Below the pieces are notes generated by a model. That model worked only from the letters and a program-made list of their open reading frames with translations, had not been told where the DNA came from and did not search any database. The position numbers and the translations under genes are program-made. From Camelus ferus (lineage: Eukaryota), in the NCBI RefSeq assembly GCF_009834535.1, contig NC_045698.1, forward strand, positions 3,908,001 through 3,972,000: a stretch of 64,000 bases of DNA. The letters run 5' to 3'. Shown here in pieces: positions 23,151 through 34,100 of this stretch (positions within the stretch are counted from its first letter, which is position 1; every line of letters starts with the position of its first letter).

Positions 23151-24437
23151 GGCTTTATACAATCCACTGCTGGAGGAGTGCTTACTGGTTTTAGACGAGG
23201 AAATTCCCAGATTGAATTTGAAATTTGGATTCTGCGGTCTTTTGTATGAAGGGCTGCCTCCACCTGTTGTTGGGGTCCCCTTGTATCCCTGGATCCTTAC
23301 AGCCGCTTTATTTTCCATCTACAGTGCGTTCTCCCAAACCCCACCCAGAGTTTTCCATCCCATTTATCTCTCCACCAGTTGTCAAGTTTTTTGTGTGTTC
23401 ACTTCCAGGAACTGATGGCAGATTTGAATGATTGATAAGAGAATGTGGTTCCTGCTTCACCTGAGAATGGCTGCTGTTGATGGAAACAAGAAGGAAATAG
23501 ATACTCTGTTACACTGAGCCAGTTTCTAACATAGGGGGGAGGCTTTTCGGAAGTTTGAATTGCATGCTCTGGGGAACGATGAATCTGCCTGAAGACGACA
23601 TCAACTTTGACCTGACGTTCGCAACACTCAGTGCCCTCGCCTGGCCCTCCGCCCCCACTCACAGGCGGCTATTTCATAGAGAACGTTCTGGTAACTGTGC
23701 CTGAGGCACTTGCCAAGATCTGCCTGGATCCCCACCCTGACCCCAGTGGGTTTCTCCTGGTGTCCGAACTTCCATCCATGATGCCCTTTCCTCTGAGCGT
23801 CATCTGTGGGGGCGCATTAGTGAAAATGACCCGCTGATGCGTGTGGCTTCTTTGTGCTGCTCTGGGAACAGAGACGCGGTGTGTGTAGCCCTCAGAAGAA
23901 GCACATCCTGGTTTTACCCCCGACAGAGTGCGTATCTCCCATTCCATCTCCCTGCTGCAGGTTCAGAGGAAGATCAAGGCACCAGGTTGCGGAAAGTGGC
24001 TGTTTCGTTCAGCAGGAGATAATTCACACACGGCTGTCTGGGATGCTCACACCTATTTTGAAGGCTCGCATTTGATCTGTTCCTCAGGAGCCAGCCATCT
24101 GTGGGTTTTAAGGAGTGTGATTATTCAGACACTCATTATCAAAAAGCCAGAGGGCCTGTCTGACGCAGAGAGACGCCGGCTTCTGTGCTCCAGGTGAGCC
24201 CGCCAAGCGGCACTTACTTCTCTCCTGCACCTGTTGCGCTGCATTGTCTGCTCTGTCTGTAACGGACACATGTTATTCTTCCCCCTAACTGTAAGCAGAG
24301 TCTTAGAGTTTTCCTAACAGGTTAGTTCCCTTTGCTCCAATTTCTGTCCTTCTTACGAACTTCCCTCCCTCATCACACGCACAGTCCACACACCTGTGGG
24401 TGTTTTCTCATCGCTGTCACTGCACACTCATGTTGGG

Positions 24438-24440
<3 letters not shown>

Positions 24441-24472
<32 letters not shown>
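24441..24472. repeat. (TG)16 microsatellite
   Basis: Directly visible perfect run. Confidence 0.97.
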
Positions 24473-24474
<2 letters not shown>

Positions 24475-24662
24475 CACACGTCCCCGGATGCACAGGGATA
24501 GCAGGCTGCCCTTCAGCTTAGCCCTAGGGATTGCCCAGCGGGTAAGTTGCCCCTGTTTCCTGAGACACCAACCCTCTCCATCTGCTCTCAAGCATTCTGA
24601 TCCCTCCCTGCATCTGGGCCTGGGAGCTGCCCGGAGGTGGGTTAATTCTGATGCTGTCCTAG

Positions 24663-25168
24663 GGGTGGCAGCCAGCCTCCAAGACAGCCCGCAGTGAAGC
24701 CTGCCTCCTTGCTTTCCTACCCCTGGGAGTCCTCTCCTGGATCATGCCAAGGTTGGTCTGTGTGGCCAGCAGCACATGAAGAAGCAATGATGACACTTCC
24801 CAAGCCAGGTTACAAAATGGCACAGGGTCTCACCCCAGGTTCTCCCTGTCTTAGGCTGCTTGCTCCAGGGACTGCTGGCTGCCTTGTCCTGAGCCGCCTG
24901 AGGGAGTGAGCAAGTCCTTGACCTACAGCCAGTGATGGATTGAGGTCTGCCATCAGTCCTGGGAGTGAATTCAGAAGCAGCCCCGGCTGAGTCCTGAGAT
25001 GATGATGTCCCCAGCCTAGAGATGGAAAGCAGCCACGGGAAAAAGCCTCAGCCAGGACCATGCAGCTAAGCCCATCCCAGATTCCTGAGCCACAGAAACT
25101 GAGGTAGGACCTGTTTCAGCCTCCATGTTTGGGGGAGATTTGTTACACACACTGTATGACTGATGCAC
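24663..25168 (+). mobile_element. MLT1F-like LTR, diverged
   Basis: 5' 'ggcagccagcctccaagacagccc..agtga..cctgcctcct' and 3' 'cagctaagcccatcccagattcctgagccacagaaactg...atttgttacac...actgatgca'. Confidence 0.75.
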
Positions 25169-26369
25169 CAAGGCTGCAATGTTGTCTCCTTAGGTCCCCT
25201 TTGTCCAAACGATTTACCTTCAAGATGAAATTCCCAGACTGACTGATCTGGCAGGACGCTGTGCCATAAATCTTATTTAGTGCTGAGTCTTGCCATGTAT
25301 GCAATTCTTGTGCCAGGAGATCCAACATACAGAACAGTGTTGGGCAAGAGGAGGTGCCCAATAGGTGTCTGCTCAGTTAGTGATGCAAAGAATGTGGCCT
25401 TGATGTTCACAAGATCACACTCCCAACCAGACCCCAAGGAAACCACCCAATCTGAAGGAATATTGACTAGAAGGTGCCATCAGTTGAACCACTGAATGCT
25501 GCCCAGCAAGGATCACCAGATTTTACACACCATCCCAAGACCGTGTCCATGCTGGTCCCACTGTTCCTGTGACCTAGTCTTGGAGATTTGGGTTCCACTC
25601 GGAGGTGAGGACACACCTGAAGGCCCTCTCTCTGGGCTTCAGTCAGCCCTCCAGCTTTGTTTTCCTCAGTAAAGGGCTGCTCGCATCCTCACAGGGACCT
25701 CTTCCTCTCCTATTTCTCCCTCACCTCCCTGAGTCCATCACAGACTGCTGGCTTCCTTCCTCGTCTGGGAGACAGTGTTCTCCTCTAGTCTGACTTGATG
25801 TGACTCTTCCTGGCAGGACCACAGGGCCAGCCTCAATATACTGGACAAATGTGCCCCTCTCTGGAGTTCATTTTAGTGACTCACTTATCAACTGCCACCC
25901 TCACAGTCCTCATCCATCACCTTTGACCTTCAGCTTCTGACCTGGGCTTCAAGGACATTATCAGCAATGACTCTGTAGGCAGATGAGAGGATGGTGACGT
26001 CACCACAACCGCACTGCCCTGCCCACATTCTTTATGGAGGTCTTAAATTTTGGGGGGAAATTAATATTGGACATTGCTCTTTTCTAGCAAATAAAAGATG
26101 TTAATATATTCCTGTTACTGGCATGGGCATGACTATGTTATTAGAAGCCACTGTATCATTTCCCTGATTTAGACAGAGATGTCTGTTTATAAATTCTGCT
26201 TGTAGTTTATTTTCACAAATAAAATAGTAAAATTAAAAAAAAAAACAAAACAACCTCTGTCTGCAGGGAGGGAGGTGTCCCTACCCCAGCTGACCACTTC
26301 CCAGGTGTCCAGGGGCTGCCACAGAATCCCGATGTTCCTCTCGGTCAGGGGTGTGCACCGCCCGCCCAT

Positions 26370-26506
26370 GCCTGCGGCTCACCCATTGCCCACGTCTGCT
26401 TTCGCCTGCTACAGCAGAACTGAGCAAACGCACAGAACCTGTAAGGGCCACCAGAATGAAACTATTTGCTATCTGGCCCTTTATGGAAAACATTTCCCAA
26501 CCTCTG
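26370..26506. mobile_element. MER58-like hAT-Charlie element, one end
   Basis: Terminal motif 'tatttgctatctggccctttatggaaaacatttcccaacctctg'. Confidence 0.8.
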
Positions 26507-27394
26507 CTGTCTAGACCGGTAGATGCCAAAAGTATGCATTTTACTATTACCGAAGCAGGACTGGCAACTACTGCAAAGCACGTAATACGCGCACAATGAT
26601 AAGCACAAAACAGCTGACGCGGCAGCATTTTAACACTGCAAGGAGAGACAGTCATCTCAGTGCTGAAGGAGAGGATGCAATGGATAACTTAATTAGGAAT
26701 CCACCAGAGCCCTGAGTTTCCTCATATTTAATGAGAAAGCCCAACACTGATGCAACAGAAATGATCATTAGAATTTGAATTAAAATATCAGAAGGTGAGT
26801 CCCAGCCTTTCTCCTTTCCATTGAGTGGGTTGCATAAGTTAGGACTGGATCCCATGACCTCATATCCATCCCATGGGAAGGAGGGAGACTCACAGGGATG
26901 GACAGCTACCTCGTGTCAGCCATTGTGCTATTTTATTTTTGTTCCAGCATTTTTGTAGATGAGGTAAGTAAGGCTGAGGGGGTGAATCAGCAGCCCTGTT
27001 ATACAGACAGAACTGGCCCTTCTGGGATCAGAAGGATGTTCTGCTCCCCCGAAGCCTGTGCTCTGCTGCATCTCACAGAGCCACTCAGAGGAGAGAAGTG
27101 AGGCAGCCCTGGCAAGTCAGGTGATGTGTGGGACGAGGTGTAGCCCTTTACCTGAAATGGAGTGACCACCGGGTCCTCTCTGTCACGTGCCCAGTGGGCG
27201 AGCCTCTCCAGGCCAGCGTTGGGGCTCGCTTGTAGCACTACTGTCAAGTCTGTACAGGGAGTTTGCTGAAGAGGAGGACAAAGGGAGCTGCTGTATGGTG
27301 GCCCTACCCCCACTCAGAGAGCTCGGGATGGCCAAGGATGGGTGGTGCAGCCTGCAAGGTGTGAAAGAACATGCAAGCCCGAATGAGCCATCAG

Positions 27395-28047
27395 GTCTCC
27401 CGTACACTGCTGATTGGAGTGTAAAATGTGCAGCTGCTCTGGAAAATGGTCTGGCATTTCCTCAAATAATTAAACATAGCATTACCAGGGGACCCGCCAG
27501 TCCCACTCGTGGGTACATATCCAGGAGAAATGAAGACACATACCCACCCAGAAAGTTGAACACTAATATTTATAACAACATTATTCATAATACTCAAAAG
27601 GAGGAAGCAACCCAAATGTCCATCAGTGGACACATGGATAAACAAAAGGTGGTCCATCCATATGATAGAATATTATTCAGCCATAAAAAAGAAGGGAGCC
27701 CTGATACGTGCTACAATGTGTGTGAACCTTGAAAATATTATGCTAAATGCAAGGGGCCAGTCACAGAAGAACACATATTATACGATTCCTTTCATATGAA
27801 ATGCCCTGAATCTGCAAATCTGTAGACACAGAAAGTAGGTTAGTGGTTAGCAAAGGATTGGGGAGGGGGAGAGGAAGGGTGATAACTAAAAGGTATGGAT
27901 TTTCTTTTTGAGGTGATGAAAATGTTTTAAAATTGACTCTGATGATGGTTGCACACATCTGTGAATATACCAAGACCATGGAATTGCACACTTCACATGA
28001 GTGAACTGTATGATATGCAGATTGTAACTCAATAAAGACGTTAAAAA
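27395..28047 (+). mobile_element. L1MB-like 3' end (ORF2 end plus 3'UTR)
   Basis: 'gaagcaacccaaatgtccatca', 'tattattcagccataaaaa', 'tttttgaggtgatgaaaatgttttaaaattga' and terminal 'ctcaataaag'. Confidence 0.93.
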
Positions 28048-28539
28048 TATCCCTGATCACAGCCATACCTCTCCCTCCACCTTCCTTGCTCTTCCGCTCA
28101 CACTTCTAGGTTTTAACTGGCAAATAATCTTGAGCATATAGAAAAATTATGTGTCTATTCACTGCACCATTCCTTCCCGCACATAGAGAGCACGTCTACT
28201 TAGCTGAGAATAGGAGGGTCTGGCAAACATCAGCTCCCAAACCTCAAAATATACGCTGTCTGTGTGTGCTTTTTGTTTGGTACTTGTCAGCAACGATGAA
28301 CGTGACACTGAGAAACAGTCGTGATGAAAAATCAGAGTCGCACAGTAACAGCCATGGGGTCTGCCCAGCATCTCCCCTCTGCCACGGCCGGGAGATAATT
28401 AAGTCTGAAGCTGTGCAGTGGTTTGAAAGAAAAACTACTGCGGTTTCCTGCGAGCAGGTCTGTTCAGGCTCCCCCTGCTGGGAAGTCGGCTCTCCAAAGA
28501 GCCTGAAGGTCATGAGCCTCTTTGCACGGTCTCTCTGCC

Positions 28540-29000
28540 CTCAACTAAATGTTCTGTAAATAATTAGACATTAAAGTCTTGGAAATAATAAAGCCGCCAT
28601 ATTCCACGGGTAGAGGACTAATTGGCAGAACTGTCTTGCTGATCATTAAATCCCCGGGTCAGAAATGCCCGGCTCGGGGAGGAAAGGCAGCAATTCTTGT
28701 CTAACGTTGGTATTTATAGCCCTTTGTTTTCCCGAGAGCAGATGCCTTCCACTTTGTGAGCATAAATTCAGAATCTTTTAATTTCCCGCTGCCGTCCACA
28801 GATTATTTAAGCTTTTGGGCTCTTCTATAAACAGTGTTAACTTAAAAAAATAATAACAATCAAAGGACTGAATGATGTCAAAGTCGAACTTAAAAGCCTG
28901 GAAGCTGTGGAGGCACCAATGGGTCTGCTCCGCTGAGGGTAAGTGGCTGGATCTCATGAATATTCATGAGCCACCGTGACTAAGCAGGGGGCGGCACACT
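28540..29000. promoter_or_regulatory. Candidate enhancer island with POU-dimer palindrome, ARE-like and CTCF-like motifs
   Basis: Repeat-free with many TAAT cores and retained CpGs. Palindrome at 28953-28970, TGACTAAGCA at 28977-28986, taagcagggggcgg at 28981-28994. Confidence 0.45.
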
Positions 29001-29249
29001 GTCTAGAAGAGCCCCGAGGATGGACCCCAGTCTCCACAGAAGCCCCAGGGCAGCCCCGCCCTGTTGGGTCCTGCCCTTAGTTTTCTCCTCTCTGAATCAG
29101 AAAATAAAACCAGGGCCTGCCTTCCTCCTTCTCCAAAGTTTTTTACGAAGATCGGCGAGATCAATACCTGGATTGTGCTGTGAGTCTCCCGAGACAAGGC
29201 TTGAGATTAATGTTAGCTATGTTTTAAAGACCCTTCTCCTGACCACTTT

Positions 29250-29373
29250 GTGTGTGTGTGTGTGTTTATTGAAGTATAGTCAGTCAACAACGTGTGTCAG
29301 TTTCTGGTGTACAGCAGAATGCTCCGGTCACACGTGAACATACATGTATTCATCTTCACATTCTTTTTCACCA
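29250..29373 (-). mobile_element. Short lineage-specific L1 3' end with (AC)n in place of the polyA tail; 8-bp TSD
   Basis: Antisense tail 'ttattgaagtatagtcagt...tttctggtgtacagca...attctttttca'. TSD accacttt at 29242-29249 and 29374-29381. Confidence 0.92.
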
Positions 29374-32039
29374 ACCACTTTTGATGAGCGGATCTAATGG
29401 GTCCACTTTGAGCCTGGCCCGCCAATCTCTTCTAAACGCAAATTAAAATTAATTTTGGTGGAAAGTATTCCTGGATACTTAGTATATCTTTTAAAGTGAT
29501 TAGAGACATCCTGGGGTGTCAAAAAGTCATCAGCACATTCACCTGCACGAAGGTGAGCTCTGATGACGTCCTCAGTCGCCTGTGCCTCCCACACGGTCAG
29601 AGAGGAGGGAAGGGAGCTCGCTGGCTCCCACGCATCACGGGGCTCGGTAACCTGGGGCGACCGGATGGATTGTCCTATGACTGGATTCTCCTAAGAGTCC
29701 AAGAAGTGGGGACTGTCAGTTCTGACTTACTGATAGAAGCGGGGAGGGGTTTTATTTTTATTTTTGAGATACGAATGCAGAGGTAGTAATACTTCACTTC
29801 ACATTGGCAGAGACATTCACAGTTGTTAATGTATTTTCCTGTGATTTTTAGTTAGGGAGCTAACAAATAAATAGGTTGGGAAAATAATTAGGTAGAGGAT
29901 AGTCAGGGAGAGTAATGTCATTCCTTTCTTAGAAAAGAGGAACAAGATTCAAAAACAGGCGCCAATGCCCCCATAAAGGACAGCAAGCAGCAGGGGCAGC
30001 TGTCAGCTCACTGTTCCCAACTCCCCGCCACACCTGGCTGGAGCCCAGGGCACAGACCACCTGGAAGGGTGTGGCTGACACCTCCCCTGGACCGTCTCCC
30101 TGTAGAGTGGCACCACTGATAGCCTGTCGCTCTAGCAGCAGGAGACCCCCGCCTGAGAAGCCAGCTGGCACCACGTGAGCCTTAGCCTCGACAATCTTTC
30201 AGCTCGCTAACCTGCTGTGAGTCAGGCAAGCATGGTGACATTCATTTTTGTCACCTGATCCTCCACTCACAGCCTCAAGGCACCGGTATGGACGTGCATT
30301 GCAGTTGGCACTAGACTTTCGTTTTACAACCACCTCTCCTTGGAAAGACCCCAGCCCAGGAAGACTTCCAGGGCCAGGGATATGCTGTGCAGCGAAGGTC
30401 ACTTGTTCACTCAGTGGACTGGGAATCGTGTGGACACGTGAGGTAAAGTGCAGACTGCAGCGCCCACAGGGCACCGACTGCACTGTCTTCCGGAGCCCTG
30501 AGCCGTTGCCTATGACTTGCCTCATTCCTTTCTGCACAATAAAACCAACCGGACCGTTAATCCACCACAGATGGATATTATCACGTGCTTTGGTAGGGAC
30601 CCAACAGCAGATCGGGTTCATTGCTCCTCATTTCATATTAAAATGTTCGGGAGTCTCCCAAGAGACCATGTAAAAAGTGAAATGTATCCACTGCTCTGCA
30701 TTTGCTAATTTGGGAAGAGTTTTGATCTCATTTGCAGGGCTTAATATAGAAACTCATTGAACCTGAACACACAGCAATGTGGGATTTTTCCAACAAGAAA
30801 ATATCTGTGACATGTGTCAGAAATACACACAGCAAGCTGCCATCTCTTTACATACATATGCCATAAATATATGTGTCATACATATGTCATATATATATAT
30901 AGATGTCAAAAATTCTGAGACAAAAATTGACTTAGCTCCTAACAGCACCGTGCCTTCCAGTTCTTCCTAATTTATTTCCCCTGATTTTTGAAGGAGATAT
31001 GATGCATTTTAAAGTATAAACAGCTTTGTATTGAAAGGACATATGATAATTCTTTATCATAATCCTCAAATTTCAAGGAAAGAACATGAGATGGAAATTC
31101 TAAATGGAGGACTGAAAGACAAGGACCCAGCATCGATTGTTTTGACACGGCATTAGACAAATACTAGACTAATTTACGGCACTTGGCCATCTTCTAAGGA
31201 CCCCAGTCCCAAGTGTTCTCAGGCAGTTCTGGGGCACAGTCATCAAACCAGCCTGCATGACAATGTGACCACATCTGTCAAACTCAGAGTCCCCGCCCAG
31301 TGCTGGCCTTCCTCTCCTCCTCTCCCGTTGTTGTGTAATTTATTTGCTGGCTTTAAAAAAAAAAAAAAATCCGTTGGTTGCACTGAGACGCAGGAACAGC
31401 CTGGGTGGAAAAGAATGCGCAGGATGGGATGGTGTCGTCATAGCAGTGTCTGTAAACGTGTGACTGTTCCTTGTAAAGGTGCGTATGGGCATGTCTGTTC
31501 CTGGCAGGTGATGGTCCAGCCACAGCTATTCTGTGCAGCTACACTGGTCTTGTGTATGAAGTCAGGAAGCTGTCCATACATATCATCTGAACTGCTCAGA
31601 TTAGGCTGTGAGAAAGGAAAAATCTCCCACTTTGCCGCCACTGTTCACCACGATGGGGGAGGTTGTAATGAAAGAGAGTGAGAGCACGTGTGTGGGGGTC
31701 AGAGCCGAGTACTCCGTGTATCAAATCTGAGATGCTCCGAGGATGGTAAAGGTTTATAGCCAGCTTCATGGTCTCAGAGCAATGCATCGTATGGTGGTAA
31801 TGGCGCCGTTCACATTTGAACAAGAATGGGAGGCACAGGGTAACTTGACAGAACTTCACTGAGCCCTTTCCTAGTACTGATTACAGACCACAAGCAGTGA
31901 AGTATGTGATTCTGTCATATTTAAGAATATACTGTCCTCTGTGAATGAAGAGAGCAGGGTGAATGTCATGTGTGTGGCTGACAAAAAGACAAACCCAGTG
32001 ACCCCAGCCTGGGTGACCTACAGCTTCCCACAAGTGCTG

Positions 32040-32175
32040 GGAAAAGTTACCAAGATTTAGTGGCCTGGACGACACAGATTCCCTGTTTTACAGTTCCAGA
32101 AGTCAAAGGACAGGGTGGTTCTTACCAGATGAAAATCAAGGTGCTGGCAAGGCAGCGTTCCTTCTGGAGGCTCGA
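32040..32175 (-). mobile_element. MLT1 (C-like) LTR 3' fragment
   Basis: 'ttacagttccagaagtca...aaaatcaaggtgctggcaagg...ttccttctggaggctc'. Confidence 0.75.
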
Positions 32176-32181
32176 AGCGGG

Positions 32182-32350
32182 TGTACCGGCTTGCACGGGG
32201 TTGTCCCCGGTACATGCCTTCCTGGAATCTCAGAATGTGACCTTTCTTAGGGAAATAGGTTCTTTATATGTGAGATCAGTGACGTTAAGATGAGGTCATA
32301 CTGGATTAGGGTAGGCCATCATACAACTTCTGATGACCTCACAAGAGGAT
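32182..32350 (+). mobile_element. MLT1 (B/C-like) LTR 5' fragment
   Basis: 'ggaatctcagaatgtgacctt...ggaaataggttcttt...gttaagatgaggtcatactggattagggt'. Confidence 0.85.
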
Positions 32351-33789
32351 GAAACTGACAAATAATAAACTGACCATCAGCGAGATCCCTGTGCTTGTCA
32401 CAGTCATGCCAAGGGGAGTGGGCTGTCTTCCTCAGTTTGCAGAGTATCCTCAGAGAGGCCCACGAGGAAGCTCAGTAATTGGAAGGAAGCTCTAATCCCA
32501 TCTTGGGTGTCACTTGTCTGCTTTCAAAGTGATTTTGTACCAAACAGTCGCCCTTATGTGGAGCTCAGACCCAGGACGGCAGTGAGGGACCGTGGCCGGC
32601 GTGCAGGCTCCGCCCAGCGGCACCCCCGAGTCTCCAGGACGCTGCTGTGGGAGCCCAGGGAGAGTGGTGCGCGGCCCTCCGTGCGGCTCTGCAAGCGCGG
32701 CAGCAAGAATGAGGAGCGCAGGCCGCATTCTGACCCCGTCCATGTGCCAGACCCGCACAGAGCACCTGGCCTGCGTCACCTCACCGGGTCCTCACACGCA
32801 CTCTAGAATATGGCCTCTCTGTTAGTCACTTTACACACAGGTGAAGGGTCAGGGCAAGTGTCTTGCCTGAGGCCACAAGCAGGTCAGTGGGGAAACCGAG
32901 ATGCGAGCCCAGGTGGGAACCTTCTGTCAAGAAGCTTCTCAAAGTGGGCAGCAGCCTCAGCACCGTGAGGGAGCTTGCAGTAAATCCAGACTCCTAGGGA
33001 CACCAGGGCTACCGAAAGGGGCCTGCCCTGCCCTGGGTGCGGGTGACGAGCTGGCGCCCTGGGCTGGGGCGGGGCTTCCACGCTGCCCCTTTGGCTGGAC
33101 TGCCCCTCCTGCCGCTGCCTTCCCCTCCGGCTTCGGACAGGGAGGGGCTGGGACTCACTGCTCTCTTCACGCGCCTTGCTGGGCTCGGACAAGGATCCAG
33201 TCCCGCATTTTAACCTCTTCGTGACACTAGTTCCCACTGTGACGGAGACACAGGAGACACATGTGTTTCCTTGGGAATCCCTTTCGTGGTCAATCTCACA
33301 GAGTTAATGTCAGGACTAACATTAACCTGAAGGACTTGGAATCACAAAGAAGAATGTGTGTTTAAAGCTTTGAGATTTAACGTTCTAAAAGGAAGTTTTA
33401 ACGATGTAAAAGTGTGACGGAAGATGGAATATGATGCCTTGTTTTATGTTCTCCAGATGCAAACCAGACAGGCTCAATATCTGCGGCAGGAATAACCTAC
33501 CCAGATGTCCGGTAGTGCCAACACTCCACCACCGAAAGCAGCGAGCCGCCCTTGTGCGCGTGGAGACCCAGACCCGCTGGCCAGCTCAGCAAGAACTCAC
33601 TCACGTCAAACGGAAGCCTGCAAGCGTGGGCACCCAGGTCTCCATTCCATTAGGCTTTTTTGATATTGAAAGTGACAGGCTTATAAATAAAATATTGAAT
33701 ATCCCAGAAGTCTTGGTGGTCCTTGGAGATAACACTGTATTCATACACTGAGTGACTTGATGCAGAGAAGCACGTTGCTACGATTTTGC

Positions 33790-34100
33790 TTCTGACTTGG
33801 AAGTGACAATATTATTTTGGAGTGAAAGGAACAGGACGGCATCTCCTGGGATCCACAAAGGTACAGTGTGGCCCCGGGGGTGGAAATTATCCATGAGTTA
33901 GTACCAAGATGATTTTTGTTTGTAATTAATATTGCTGCTCTGTTAGTCCTCATAAAATAATGTGGCAAATCAGTTTTCCCCGGAGACCCCACAGTGTAAA
34001 CAGCAATTTTTTATGTTGTGGAGATACCGTTAGCAAATGGCTTGAACTCCTCTGTAGGGCCGAGGAGCGTCGTAAATCAAGATTATGAAAGTTCAACACC
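33790..34100. promoter_or_regulatory. Candidate enhancer with posterior HOX/PBX and FOX motifs
   Basis: gtcgtaaatca (reverse complement TGATTTACGAC) at 34069-34079, ctcataaaa at 33949-33957, tgtaaaca at 33995-34002, ttttatg at ~34009-34015. Confidence 0.45.

Noticed and set aside
27187..27732. 181-aa ORF
   Set aside because: Its C-terminal part is an off-frame reading of the L1MB element.
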